DNA of 63,685 nt, filler included, from Actinomycetota bacterium (GTDB lineage Bacteria > Actinomycetota > Actinomycetes > JAKEEW01): NCBI GenBank assembly GCA_046725875.1. It is 6 parts of 6 records of this genome, joined end to end, with 100 filler letters (N's around TTAATTAATTAA, not from the genome) between each part and the next. Parts side by side here need not be neighbours in the genome. Positions count along the whole stretch, not along the records: positions 1 to 14,604 come from JBKOZJ010000037.1; positions 14,705 to 26,306 come from JBKOZJ010000038.1; 4 more parts are not named here. One strand, given 5' to 3'. Made by a program: the position numbers and the translations under genes. Under the pieces are notes generated by a model that did not search any database, was not told the origin of the DNA, and was given only the letters and a program-made list of their open reading frames with translations. Below, one piece after another: positions 10,300-20,552 of the stretch; the stretch's first letter is position 1, and each line of letters starts with the position of its first letter.

Positions 10300-10572
10300 G
10301 TGACCGAGGAGATGTCAGCGGTCGGTATCCGGCGACAGCTCGCGGAGAACGACGAAGACCTTGTCAAGGTGCTCGCCCGCCGAGAGCGGCTGCTCCGGGC
10401 GGCGGCCGCCGCCGACCCCGCGGGACGGCCGGAGGACGCCGACGAGCTGGCCGGCCGGGCTCGTAACCTTGCGCTCGTCCATGGCCTGAACCCGCAGGTC
10501 GCCGAGCGTGTGTGGCGGGAAATGGCGGCCGGTTTCGCCGGCGTCCACCGTGGCGAGTTCGCCGGTTCGTAG
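10300..10572 (+). CDS. short chorismate mutase type II-like protein, divergent
   Basis: IRRQLAENDEDLVKVLARRERL...ARNLALVHGLNPQVAERVWREM fits the helical AroQ pattern, but the middle is shortened. Confidence 0.5.
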   Translation: MTEEMSAVGIRRQLAENDEDLVKVLARRERLLRAAAAADPAGRPEDADELAGRARNLALVHGLNPQVAERVWREMAAGFAGVHRGEFAGS

Positions 10573-10774
10573 CGGGGATCGTCAGCGTTGGGGTGAGGAG
10601 GTCGGGCTCGGTTGCTGTGCTGGCGGCGGGCCAAGCAGCCACTCTGGCGCCAGGCGCACGTCGCTGGCCTGGCGAGGCCGGCGCACCGGCTTCGGTTGAT
10701 CGGAGTAGGCCGGCCCAGACGGATCGGCGCCGGGCGGACACCGCCGGTCCCGGCGCGCTGCGATGGGTCCGCCC

Positions 10775-11527
10775 GTGACGCCGCTTGATGTGCTCGCGCT
10801 CGGCGGAGCCGGAGCGGCGGCCGGAACGATCAACACGGTGGTCGGCTCAGGGTCGCTGGTCACCTTTCCGACGCTGCTGGCGCTCGGGTACCCGGCCGTA
10901 CTCGCGAATGTCACCAATACCGTCGGCATCTTCCCCGGATCGGTCAGCGGCGTCGTCGGCTACCGGCGGGAACTGAGTGACGGCATCGGCCGCGCCGTGC
11001 GCTTTGGCGTGCTCTCGACGCTCGGGAGCATCGCTGGCGCGCTTCTTCTGCTCCGGCTGCCGGAGTCGGCGTTCGACGCGATCGTGCCAGGCCTGATCCT
11101 GCTGGCTTGCGTGCTCGTGGTCATACAACCTCGGCTCACCGCGTGGCTTGCGAGCCGGCGGCCACGTCGCAGCTACGGCGGGCCGCTCCTCTGGCTTGGA
11201 ATCCTGGTGACCGCCGCCTACGGCGGGTATTTCGGTGCGGCGCAGGGTGTGCTTCTGCTCGCCCTGCTGTCCGTCTTCCTCGACGACCACCTGCAGCGGC
11301 TCAACGGGCTGAAGAATGTCCTGGCGGGCGTCGCGAATGGCGTCGCCGCGGTCATATTCATCTTGATCACTGATGTCGCGTGGGGTGCGGCCGCCGCAAT
11401 TGCGGTTGGCGCGGTGATCGGCGGCCAGCTCGGGGCCACGGTAGGTCGGCGGCTGCCGCCGCCCGTCTATCGTGCGGTGATAGTGCTGGTCGGCGTCGTC
11501 GCCGCAGTCGTGCTGATCGTTGACTAG
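10775..11527 (+). CDS. TauE/SafE (sulfite exporter) family membrane protein
   Basis: AGTINTVVGSGSLVTFPTLL..ANVTNT, YGGYFGAAQG, NGLKN; multiple TM segments. Confidence 0.92.
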   Translation: MTPLDVLALGGAGAAAGTINTVVGSGSLVTFPTLLALGYPAVLANVTNTVGIFPGSVSGVVGYRRELSDGIGRAVRFGVLSTLGSIAGALLLLRLPESAFDAIVPGLILLACVLVVIQPRLTAWLASRRPRRSYGGPLLWLGILVTAAYGGYFGAAQGVLLLALLSVFLDDHLQRLNGLKNVLAGVANGVAAVIFILITDVAWGAAAAIAVGAVIGGQLGATVGRRLPPPVYRAVIVLVGVVAAVVLIVD

Positions 11528-11771
11528 CCGGGCGGCTCGTGGACTAGCCGGGCGGCGCCGTTCGTACGGGTAGTAGCGTGCCGGCGTCGTGTGGCGCCGC
11601 GCTTCTGCCCGTACCCCCTTTTACGCTAGGCCCAGCGCGCGGACGTAAACCCGACAAACCCGGCGCTCGAGGCCCTCTACGCGTGATGGGCGGCAGCGGC
11701 AGGCCGATTGGGAGCGCACCACTTTGGCGGGTAATAGGTGGCGGGCGCATTGCGTCGAGCATGGGAGTGCG

Positions 11772-12422
11772 ATGGCGAGACTGCTGCCTCGGGAGCGGCT
11801 CGAGCGACCAGCCCATGATGTGGCGCCCGAGCTCCTCGGTTGTGTCCTCGTACACGACACCCCGAGCGGGCGGGTCGCGGTGCGCTTGACGGAGGTCGAG
11901 GCCTACGCCGGTCTAGGCGAGGACCCGGGGTCACACGCTTATCGGGGCCAGACACCGCGCAACGAAGTGATGTTCGGACCGCCGGGCCACCTCTACGTCT
12001 ACTTCACATACGGCATGCACTGGTGCGCGAACGTGGTCTGCCTGCCGGCGACCGAGGCCGGGGCGGTGCTGCTTCGCGCCGGGGAGGTGGTCGAGGGCGA
12101 GCAGTTCGCCCGGCAGCGCCGCCCGTCGGCCCGGTCCACCGCTGAGCTGGCGCGGGGGCCGGCCCGCCTCGCGCAGGCACTCGGGCTGACCGGGGCGGCG
12201 AACGGCCTCGATCTCTGTGACGGGCGCGGGCCGCTTTTCTTGTACGAGGGCCAGCGCGTCGCGCGGTCCCTCGTACACATAGGTCCGCGTACCGGAGTGG
12301 GCGGGGACGGTGCGGCGAGGCCGTGGCGGTTCTGGCTTGACGGGGAGCGCAGCGTGAGCCCCTACCGGCCACATTTTCCGCGCCGCCCGGGGACGCCGGT
12401 CGCCGGCCGAGACCAGCGGTGA
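11772..12422 (+). CDS. DNA-3-methyladenine glycosylase (MPG family)
   Basis: [63 protein letters not shown]. Confidence 0.95.
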   Translation: MARLLPRERLERPAHDVAPELLGCVLVHDTPSGRVAVRLTEVEAYAGLGEDPGSHAYRGQTPRNEVMFGPPGHLYVYFTYGMHWCANVVCLPATEAGAVLLRAGEVVEGEQFARQRRPSARSTAELARGPARLAQALGLTGAANGLDLCDGRGPLFLYEGQRVARSLVHIGPRTGVGGDGAARPWRFWLDGERSVSPYRPHFPRRPGTPVAGRDQR

Positions 12423-12518
12423 AGCCTTCCAGCCGCGGTCGGCGCCGAGAGTGTCGCAACAGCCGGCGGACGACTAACCGCGTCGCGGCTCGTCGCGATG
12501 TGCGGAAGAATCGGTCGG

Positions 12519-13796
12519 GTGACGGATCTCCTCGACGACCTCCACTGGCGTGGACTCATCGCCCTGACCACCGAAGAGGACGCACTTCGGGCTGCGCTGG
12601 CTGCGGCGGGACCGGTGACGTTCTACGGGGGCTTCGACCCGACGGCACCGAGCCTGCATATCGGAAGCCTAGTTTTGGTCTTGACGGTGCGGCGGCTCCA
12701 ACTGGCCGGGCATCGGCCGATTGTGTTGGTTGGGGGAGCGACCGGCCTCATCGGCGACCCCAGCGGCAAGTCGGCCGAGCGGGTGCTCAACGAGCCCGAA
12801 GTCGTCGAGGCGTGGGTCGAGCGGCTGCGCGCGCAGATCGAGCCGTTCCTCGACTTTGACGGGCCGAGCGCCGCGCGGATGGTCAACAACCTCGACTGGA
12901 CGGCGCCGCTGTCGGCCATCGACTTCCTCCGTGACATCGGCAAGCACTTTCCGGTCAACCGCATGCTCGCCCGCGAGTCCGTGGCAGCGCGCCTGGAGGC
13001 CGGTGGGATCAGCTACACCGAGTTCAGTTACCAGATCCTTCAGGCCATGGACTACCTGGAACTGCACCGGCGCTATGGGTGCAGCTTGCAGCTCGGCGGG
13101 AGTGACCAGTGGGGCAACCTCACCGCCGGAGTCGACCTGATCCGGCGGGTGACGGGCGGGCACGTGCACGCCTTGGCCACGCCGCTGATCACAAAGGCGG
13201 ATGGGACCAAGTACGGGAAGACCGAGGACGACGCGGTCTGGCTCGACCCGACGATGACATCGCCGTATGCCTTCTACCAGTTCTGGGTGAACCAGGCGGA
13301 TGGGGAGGTGATACGGCTGCTCAAGGTCTACAGCTTCCGCGACCAGGAGCAGATCGACGCACTGGAGAAGGAGACTGCCGAACGTCCGGCGGCTCGGGTA
13401 GCCCAGCGCGCCTTGGCCCAGGAGCTGACCGCGATGGTGCACGGCCAAGAGGAGTTGGCGAAGGTGGAGGCGGCGAGCCGAGCGCTGTTCGGGCAGGGCG
13501 CGCTGGCAGACCTTGACCCGCCGACGCTGGCTGCCGCGCTCGCCGAGGTGCCGAGCACGGAAGTGATGCTCCTGGACGGCGGGCTGCCACCAGTCGCAGA
13601 CCTGCTCGCCGCCGTAGGGCTTGTTCCGAGCAAGTCCGCCGGCCGGCGAACCGTCGACGAGGGCGGGGCATATGTCAACAACCGCAAAGTCACCGACGCC
13701 GAGGAGGCGATTCCGGCGACCGAGCTGCTCCACGGGCAGTGGCTTGTGCTCCGCCGTGGCAAGCGCAGCGTCGGCGCGGTCCGGGCGGTCCGATAG
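12519..13796 (+). CDS. tyrS: tyrosine--tRNA ligase
   Basis: YGGFDPTAPSLHIGS (HIGH-like), GGATGLIGDPSG, QLGGSDQWGN, KYGKT (KMSKS-like), C-terminal S4 domain. Confidence 0.98.
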   Translation: MTDLLDDLHWRGLIALTTEEDALRAALAAAGPVTFYGGFDPTAPSLHIGSLVLVLTVRRLQLAGHRPIVLVGGATGLIGDPSGKSAERVLNEPEVVEAWVERLRAQIEPFLDFDGPSAARMVNNLDWTAPLSAIDFLRDIGKHFPVNRMLARESVAARLEAGGISYTEFSYQILQAMDYLELHRRYGCSLQLGGSDQWGNLTAGVDLIRRVTGGHVHALATPLITKADGTKYGKTEDDAVWLDPTMTSPYAFYQFWVNQADGEVIRLLKVYSFRDQEQIDALEKETAERPAARVAQRALAQELTAMVHGQEELAKVEAASRALFGQGALADLDPPTLAAALAEVPSTEVMLLDGGLPPVADLLAAVGLVPSKSAGRRTVDEGGAYVNNRKVTDAEEAIPATELLHGQWLVLRRGKRSVGAVRAVR

Positions 13797-14049
13797 GCGG
13801 ACTGGTTACCAGCATGGCCGCGGGTCGCGTAGGCGGAATCTCCGTATCTTGTCCATATTGGGTCGCTCGTCGTCGACATCATCGACGCCCCAGGAATGTC
13901 CCCGGGCCAGCCGTTGTTGTCTGGGCCGTTGGGAGACCGACGGCGCCTGCCGATGGCGAGTATGAGCAAGGTCAATTCCCGGTCAACCGGCCGCCTGACC
14001 TGCGGCTTCGACGAACAGGGCTAAGGAGCCGGGATCTCGCCGAAACCGT

Positions 14050-14330
14050 TTGACTTTGGTCTGCGGGTCTGCGTAAGGTTTCCCGACGTCCGCCCGGCAG
14101 GGAGGAACGGACACCGATCAGGGTGGCCGGTCCCGGGGCGGGATTCCCCACTCTCTCCACGGCAGCCCAGCGGTGGCTTGTCGCTGCGGCCTGTGGGGCG
14201 TATGGGAAAGGGCATCGGTCTCCAGCCGTTTGACGGAGGTCGGACCGCCCGGTAAGGTTAGAGAGTTGCCCCGATGACCGGCCGAGAGGCCCTTGATTCG
14301 GTGTGCGCCCGCTCCTTGAGAACTCAACAG
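14050..14330 (+). promoter_or_regulatory. rRNA operon tandem promoters and boxA-like antiterminator
   Basis: TTGACT-N18-TAAGGT (14050-14079), TTGACG-N17-TAAGGT (14230-14258), and GCTCCTTGAGAACTCAACAG (14311-14330). Confidence 0.8.
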
Positions 14331-14460
14331 CGTGCCAAAAGTCAATGCCAATAACCCCGTCCGTGGGGGCTCCGCCCCTGCGCACGGATTTCCTTTGTTC
14401 GGATCACTCCGATTCGATCTTGACGGTGGACCGGGCCCAGCCTGGGCCGCCGAATAGACC

Positions 14461-14604
14461 TTCACGGAGAGTTTGATCCTGGCTCAGGACGAACGCTGGC
14501 GGCGTGCTTCACACATGCAAGTCGAGCGGTGAAGCCCCTTCGGGGGTGGATCAGCGGCGAACGGGTGAGTAACACGTGGGCAACCTGCCCCTAGCACTGG
14601 GATA
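14461..14604 (+). rRNA. rrs: 16S rRNA, 5' fragment truncated by contig end
   Basis: AGAGTTTGATCCTGGCTCAGGACGAACGCTGGCGGCGTGC...ACATGCAAGTCGAGCGG...GGCGAACGGGTGAGTAACACGTGG. Confidence 0.98.
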
Positions 14605-14704
14605 NNNNNNNNNNNNNNNNNNNNNNNNNNNNNNNNNNNNNNNNNNNNTTAATTAATTAANNNNNNNNNNNNNNNNNNNNNNNNNNNNNNNNNNNNNNNN
14701 NNNN
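14605..14704. other. artificial contig-joining linker
   Basis: N run + TTAATTAATTAA (stops in all six frames) + N run, exactly 100 bp. Confidence 0.99.
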
Positions 14705-15418
14705 CGCTGCTCATCGGCCCAGGCCTTCGCCTCCTGCTGGCTCATCCCGCCCTGATCGGCCACATACTGCTCGACCAGGGGAAGGAGCGAGCCGCCGTAG
14801 GCATCCGGGGTCAGCTCGGTCGTCGCGAAGGCGTGGGCGTCCATCCGAACGTGCTCGAAGCCCGCGTTGCGTAGCTGCGCCGCGAGCGTCCGCGGCAGAG
14901 AGGGATGCGTCAGGTGATTGTCCCACGCGGCGAGCACCCGTCGCGTCAGCTGCTGATCGATCGCGTGCCAAGACACGGTGGCCCAATCGACGTCCCACAC
15001 CAGCACCCGCCCGCCTAGGCGAAGCGCTCGATGCATCTCCCTGAGCGCGGTCGGTACGTCGCGAACGTACTCGAGGACCTGAACGCAGACCGCCCGGTCG
15101 AAGGTGGCATCCGGGACCGGGAGTGAGGTCGCGTCTCCTTCATGGAACGCGACATTGTCGTGTCCATCGGCACGTTTTGCCGCCACGGCGAGCATGTCCG
15201 CGCTGACGTCGAGACCGACGACCGAGCCTTCCCGCCCGACTGCCTCGAGCAGCTCGGTGACGTAGAAACCCGGACCGCAGCCCACGTCGAGGATGCGGTC
15301 GCCGGGTCGTGCGCCGAGTGCAATCCGCACCAGCTCGCGTCGGCGCAGCACATCGCGGGTCGCATAAAGCCTCTCAAAGCCGCTCGACGAGGCGCCGATC
15401 GAATTCCAGCTGACTCAC
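14705..15418 (-). pseudogene. class I SAM-dependent methyltransferase, +1 frameshift near codon 14, 3' end truncated
   Basis: ILDVGCGPG motif I. GTG 15418 reads MSQLEFDRRLVERL, then an extra T at about 15376-15378 shifts the frame to ERLYATRDVLRRREL. Confidence 0.75.
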
Positions 15419-15538
15419 GCCGCGACCCTACCGGTCCCTTCACGTAAGGAGAGGCCCTTCCGCCGGAGAGCGGCGATAGGACGAACGATCGCCTCCGAGC
15501 GGAGGGTACTGCCAGATGACGAGATCCAGGACTGAGTC

Positions 15539-16245
15539 TTAACCTGCTGCCGGCTGGTAGTCGGTCGGGGTCCCTTGGGTCGGAGGGAGTGTCGGGGGCA
15601 TCCGCGGGTCGAGCACGGTGTCGCGGAGTTGGTTCATCGTGACCGGTAGCTCGGTTAGTGCAATGCCTGTCGAGTCATTGCTTGGGTTTTCGAGATCGCC
15701 AGCGGTGCTGACGGACAGTGGGGCCTTCGAGCCGTCGGTGAGGATGTGCGTGACGCCGATGGTTTGCACTCCGTCGGCTGTGCTGCGTGCTTCGAGCAGG
15801 CTGGTTCCGTCGGGCAGCCTCACCGTTGTGCATGACATCCAGCGCAGGGCTGTTCGAGGACCCGACGCGGGGGTACGGCACAGTTTTTCTGTGCGCCGCT
15901 GACCCGTTGCCGTTCGTTCGAGCTCAGCGCGGTGTCGGCGTCGGCGAACGCCAGGTTGACCTTGCCGTTGCGCAACAGCTGCACCTGATCGCCGCGTCTG
16001 CGCGCGTCGAGCCAGGCGTTTTCCGTGTCACGCCAGGTGCGCTGGCCCATCTTCGGTCCGTCAAACCAGTCGAATGTCACGCCCATGTACCGGTCGCTGC
16101 CGTCCGTGCCGAAGGGGGCCAGGTGTACCAGATCCGGGTCCAGATGGCTGGGAACAATGTCCGCTGAGGTAGCCGAGGATGCTGGGGTGGAGGAGGAGCC
16201 GGTGGTGCTGGGCGGACCAAGGTGCAGGTAAGCAACAACCCTCAC
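15539..16245 (-). pseudogene. probable fragmented hypothetical (secreted/membrane) protein
   Basis: Two overlapping minus-strand ORFs (15820..16245 and 15539..15838) with protein-like composition; no family recognised. Confidence 0.3.
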
Positions 16246-16403
16246 CGATACCGGGCTTGAGTCCGTCGGAACTGCCCAGGCGGCACGAGCCCTGCGAAGC
16301 TATTCGGCATGTCCGACGGACGGGCCGGCCGACAGGGGGTGCTGCGATGGCCGAGATTGCAAGGATGGCTTCCTGGGAAGCGGCGCTCCAACCGGCCGCG
16401 CTT

Positions 16404-16497
16404 GCCCTCCAGCTCCCGTGGGCGACGCGTGAGCCGACTGGACGAATAGGCGACGATCACAGAGAACCTTCCCGCGCTCGCGTGCGCCAGCAGCCGC
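16404..16497 (-). pseudogene. serine recombinase fragment (second copy)
   Basis: RLLAHASAGRFSVIVAYSSSRLTRRPRELEG, nucleotide-similar to 24821-24915. Confidence 0.7.
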
Positions 16498-16776
16498 CCG
16501 CTGGGCGGGATTTGAGCGAGGTCGTGAGGAACGCGAGGAACGGACGCATACCAAGCCCGAGCGGTGACGCGATCGCTGCGACGCATGGCTCACCGGAGGC
16601 GCTCGCGGCGCCGGCCATCAAGCGCATCGTCCCAACCACGCCGCAGCCGATACCGCATCTGGCGCCACCCGCCGTGGAGATCGTCTGCGTGATCGCCACC
16701 CAGCGCCGCCCCCAATACGCGACGCGAGGTGTGCCCGGGCTGCCAGGCAAACCGAGGACAAACGAGGAGGACTGGA

Positions 16777-17139
16777 ATGTACTCCTATATCAAGAACGTG
16801 ACCTTCGACTGTTCCGACGCGCTCGTCCTGGCGAGGTTCTGGGCGGCCGCCCTCGGTTCCGACGTCGACGAGGAGTCGGTCGCCGACAAGGCTTACGTCG
16901 AGGCGCCCGGCTGGGGTGGACCGAACATGTGGTTCATCAGGGTCCCGGAGCCGAAATCAGCCAAGAACCGGATCCATTTTGACCTCCGCGCTCCTCGCAG
17001 TACCGAGGAGGAAATCGCTCGGCTGGAGGACCTTGGCGCCATCGTCATCCAGCGTTATGAACGCCATACGGTCATGCGGGACCCGGAGGGCAACGAGTTC
17101 TGCGTCGAGCCCGGCGCTGTCGTGGGCGAAGCACTGTAG
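16777..17139 (+). CDS. VOC/glyoxalase-like family protein
   Basis: GAGGAGG RBS; VTFDCSDALVLARFWAAALG, FIRVPEPKSAKNRIHFDL, MRDPEGNEFCV. Confidence 0.92.
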   Translation: MYSYIKNVTFDCSDALVLARFWAAALGSDVDEESVADKAYVEAPGWGGPNMWFIRVPEPKSAKNRIHFDLRAPRSTEEEIARLEDLGAIVIQRYERHTVMRDPEGNEFCVEPGAVVGEAL

Positions 17140-17181
17140 CGGGCTTGCCTACCGAAAGTCCGGCCTGCGCTCCGCCCGACT

Positions 17182-17351
17182 AATGCAACAGACCGACCGC
17201 AGGTATCAGCGCACCGCCAGCACGATCACCTCCGGCGGGAACCGGAAGCCGGCGAATGCCAAGCAAGAAGGAACCTGGACGACGGTGCGCCGAGTTAGCC
17301 ACATGCGGCCGAAGCATGCCGAGTGGCCAGTCTCAGTCAACGCAACAGACC
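17182..17351 (-). mobile_element. IS6-family remnant (transposase N-terminus plus terminal IR copies)
   Basis: AFAGFRFPPEVIVLAVR on the minus strand; AATGCAACAGACC at 17182 and AACGCAACAGACC at 17339 (reverse complement of the GGTCTGTTGCATT end). Confidence 0.8.
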
Positions 17352-17421
17352 CCTTCTTGGCACCCAATGGCCGTGCCGGACCCCTCCAGCGACTGACCAC
17401 GGAAGCGGTACCGTTCCACTC

Positions 17422-20400
17422 GTGCAGTCCCGGAAGACGGTGACCATCGTGTTCACTGACGTGGTCGGGTCAACCGCGCTCGGAGAGCAACTCGATCCCG
17501 AGCTCCTCCGGCGGATCATGAACGACGTGTACTTCGAGTCGATGCGGGGCGTGCTCGAACGCCACGGTGGTTCAGTCGAGAAGTACATCGGGGACGCGAT
17601 CGTGGCCGTGTTTGGGGTGCCCGATATCCATGAAGACGACGCGCTGCGGGCGGCTAGGGCCGCACAGGAGATGCGGTCCACGCTCGCCGACCTCAACGGT
17701 GAGCTGGAAGCCTGGCACGGCATTCGAATCGACGCTCGGACCGGGATCAATACCGGCGAGGTCCTGACAGAGGATAGCCGGCCCGACGCTCCCCTCACCG
17801 CGGACGCGGCCAATCTCGCCGCCCGCTTGGAGCAGGCCGCATCGCCCGGCGAGATCCTCATCGGCGAGGCCACGTTCCGCCTGATTCGAGACGCTGTCAT
17901 CGTCGAGCCGGTCGAGGCCCTCCATCTCAAGGGGAAGGCCGAAGCACAGCCAGCATGGCGGCTCAAGGAAGTCTCGCCAGAGAGCCCCGGCATCGCCCGG
18001 CGGCTCGACTCTCCTATCGTCGGACGGGACGACGAGCTGGCCTTCCTCCGGCAGGCCTTCAACCGGGCCACTGAGCCGCCCACCTGCAGCCTGGTCACCG
18101 TGATTGGGACCCCCGGGGTCGGGAAGACCCGCCTGTGCGCAGAGTTCATTACCTGGCTGAAGGGCCGAACCACAGTACTTCAGGGACGGTGTCTCCCCTA
18201 CGGGGACGGGATCACCTATTGGCCCGTGGCAGAGGTCCTCCGCGAGGCCGCCGCGATCAGTCAGGAGGACGGCCCCCAACAGGCCGCCGCCAAGGTCGCC
18301 GCCCTCCTGGGTACCCACGAGGAGGCGTCGACTATCGCCGAGCGGCTCGGCTCGGTCCTGGGCCTCAGCGGCACGATGGCGCCGGCCCAGGAGACATTCT
18401 GGGCGGTGCGTAGGCTGCTCGAGGCCCTGGCCGAGCGAAGCCCGGTGGCCGTGGTGTTCGACGACATCCACTGGGGGGAGGCCACCTTCCTCGACCTGGT
18501 GGAGTACCTGGCTGGGTGGAGCACCGGGAAGCCCATTCTTCTCCTGTGCCTTGCCCGGCCAGAGCTCGCGGATGCCAGACCCACGTGGGGCTCTTCCATC
18601 AAGGATGCGGAGACCATCCGCCTCGAGCCCCTCACCGAGGACGAAAGCGAGCTGCTCATCGACAACCTACTCGGCCAGGCCCCTCTTGCGGAGGAGGTCC
18701 GGGCCCGGATCCGCCAGGTCGCCGAGGGCAATCCCCTTTTCGTGGAGGAGATCTTGCGGATGTTGGTCGATGACGCGGTCCTTCGGCGTGATGACGGCCG
18801 ATGGACGGCCGCCGGCGACCTGTCCGCGCTCACCATCCCTCCGACCATCAACGCCCTCCTGTCCGCCCGCCTGGAGCGGCTGTCGCTGGCGGAGCGTGCC
18901 GTGATCCAGCGGGCCTCGGTGGTAGGGAAGGTGTTCTGGTGGGGCGCGGTGGCGGAACTCTCGCCCGACTCGGACCAGGCCGCCGTGGGCGGACACCTCC
19001 AGGCCCTTGTCCGGCGGGAGCTGGTCCGCCCTGACCGGTCCCTGTTCACGGAGGAGGATGCCTTCCGGTTCAGCCACATCCTGATCCGCGACGCCGCATA
19101 TGCCGGGACCACCAAAGAGACCCGGGCTCACCTTCACGAGCGGTTTGCTGGCTGGTTGGAGCGCCGGGCTGGCGATCGGCTGACCGAGTTCGAGGAGGTG
19201 GTCGGCTATCACCTGCAGCAGGCCCACCGGTACCGCATCGAGCTGGGCCTCGACGGCGAGGTGGTGGCCCGGCTGGCGGCTCGGGCGGCCGTGCTCCTGG
19301 CCTCAGCGGGGGAGCGGGCACTGGCTCGGATTGACATCCACGCAGCCATCACCCTGCTGTCCCGCGCGGTCTCCTTGATGGAGGCCCATGACCCGAACCG
19401 GGTGAAGCTGTTGGTCGACCTCACCGAGGCGCTCTCCGAGGGAGGGCACGTCGATCGGGCCAGAGAGGTGATCCGGGAAGCAGGCGTCCAGGCGGACGCG
19501 CTGGCCGACAATCGCCTGGCCACGCTGGCGCTAATGGGCCAGTGGTACATCAAGGCCACCGAGGGTCCCAGCGACGTGGAGCAGGCCGAGCAGGACGGCC
19601 TTCGGGCAGTCGAGGTCTTCGGGAAGTACGGAGACGAACGAGGCCTGGCCCGCGGATGGGATCTGGTGGGAAGGGCCAGGTGGTGGATCGGGCGGGCCAC
19701 GGAGGCCGAGGAGGCCCTGGAGCAGGCTCGCCGGCATGCTCGAGCGTCCGGAGATCCGCGGATCGAGGCGGATAGCCTGCGTACGCTCAGCGCGGTCCTG
19801 GCCCAGGGCCCCCGTCCGGTCGAGGAGGCCGCCCGGAGGGCCGAGGAGATCCTCGACGAGTATGCCGGCAACCGTACCGTGCAGGCCTACATGTTTCATG
19901 CGCTGGGACACCTTCGGGCCTGGGAGGGCCGGTTCGAGGAGGCCCGCCTCATGGCGCGGCGGTACCGGGAGATCCTCAGGGAGAACGGCCAAGAGGCGAA
20001 CTGGGCTGACTCCTCCGAGTGCGCCGCGGACGTCGAGATCCTGGCGGGCGATTTCGAGGAGGCCGTACGGTTGGTGACCGAGGGACAGCGCCACTACGAC
20101 GAGATGGGGATTTCGGACCCCACGATCCTGCCCTTCCTGGCCGCGGCGCTGTACATGGCTGGGAGGTGGGAAGACGCCGAGGGACCGGCGGTTCGAGCCA
20201 TGGCCGGAGGCCACCCGCTGTGGGCGATGGATGCCCAGTCGGTTCTGGCGAGGGTGCGGGCTCGCCAGGGACGACAGGAGGAGGCCGAGCGGCTCGCTCG
20301 AGAGGCCCTTGACGTGGTCAGGAGAACCGAGCACCTGGGCATCCAAGGCAGGACGGCCCTGGCCCTGGCCGAGGTCCTGGAGATGCTCGGTCGCGAGGAC

Positions 20401-20496
20401 GAAGCCATTCAATACAGGGAGGAAGCCGTGCGGGTATTCGAGCAGAAGGGCGCCACCGTATGGGCCGAGCGGGCCCGGCGTAACCCGCAGGGGTGA
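17422..20496 (+). CDS. class III adenylate/guanylate cyclase + P-loop ATPase + TPR-like protein
   Basis: RKTVTIVFTDVVGST, EKYIGDAIVAVFG, HEDDALRA, RTGINTGEV, NLAARLEQ; Walker A GTPGVGKT; Walker B VFDDIHW; GNPLFVEE; helical repeat C-terminus. Start inferred. Confidence 0.93.
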   Translation: MQSRKTVTIVFTDVVGSTALGEQLDPELLRRIMNDVYFESMRGVLERHGGSVEKYIGDAIVAVFGVPDIHEDDALRAARAAQEMRSTLADLNGELEAWHGIRIDARTGINTGEVLTEDSRPDAPLTADAANLAARLEQAASPGEILIGEATFRLIRDAVIVEPVEALHLKGKAEAQPAWRLKEVSPESPGIARRLDSPIVGRDDELAFLRQAFNRATEPPTCSLVTVIGTPGVGKTRLCAEFITWLKGRTTVLQGRCLPYGDGITYWPVAEVLREAAAISQEDGPQQAAAKVAALLGTHEEASTIAERLGSVLGLSGTMAPAQETFWAVRRLLEALAERSPVAVVFDDIHWGEATFLDLVEYLAGWSTGKPILLLCLARPELADARPTWGSSIKDAETIRLEPLTEDESELLIDNLLGQAPLAEEVRARIRQVAEGNPLFVEEILRMLVDDAVLRRDDGRWTAAGDLSALTIPPTINALLSARLERLSLAERAVIQRASVVGKVFWWGAVAELSPDSDQAAVGGHLQALVRRELVRPDRSLFTEEDAFRFSHILIRDAAYAGTTKETRAHLHERFAGWLERRAGDRLTEFEEVVGYHLQQAHRYRIELGLDGEVVARLAARAAVLLASAGERALARIDIHAAITLLSRAVSLMEAHDPNRVKLLVDLTEALSEGGHVDRAREVIREAGVQADALADNRLATLALMGQWYIKATEGPSDVEQAEQDGLRAVEVFGKYGDERGLARGWDLVGRARWWIGRATEAEEALEQARRHARASGDPRIEADSLRTLSAVLAQGPRPVEEAARRAEEILDEYAGNRTVQAYMFHALGHLRAWEGRFEEARLMARRYREILRENGQEANWADSSECAADVEILAGDFEEAVRLVTEGQRHYDEMGISDPTILPFLAAALYMAGRWEDAEGPAVRAMAGGHPLWAMDAQSVLARVRARQGRQEEAERLAREALDVVRRTEHLGIQGRTALALAEVLEMLGREDEAIQYREEAVRVFEQKGATVWAERARRNPQG

Positions 20497-20552
20497 CGGT
20501 CGCCGGCTCAGGACCGATCTTCTGGAGTGCACCCGGTCTGGATTGGATGGGC

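Noticed and set aside
13972..14465. ORFs upstream of the 16S gene
   Set aside because: The region is the rRNA promoter and leader; the translations have no protein-like features.
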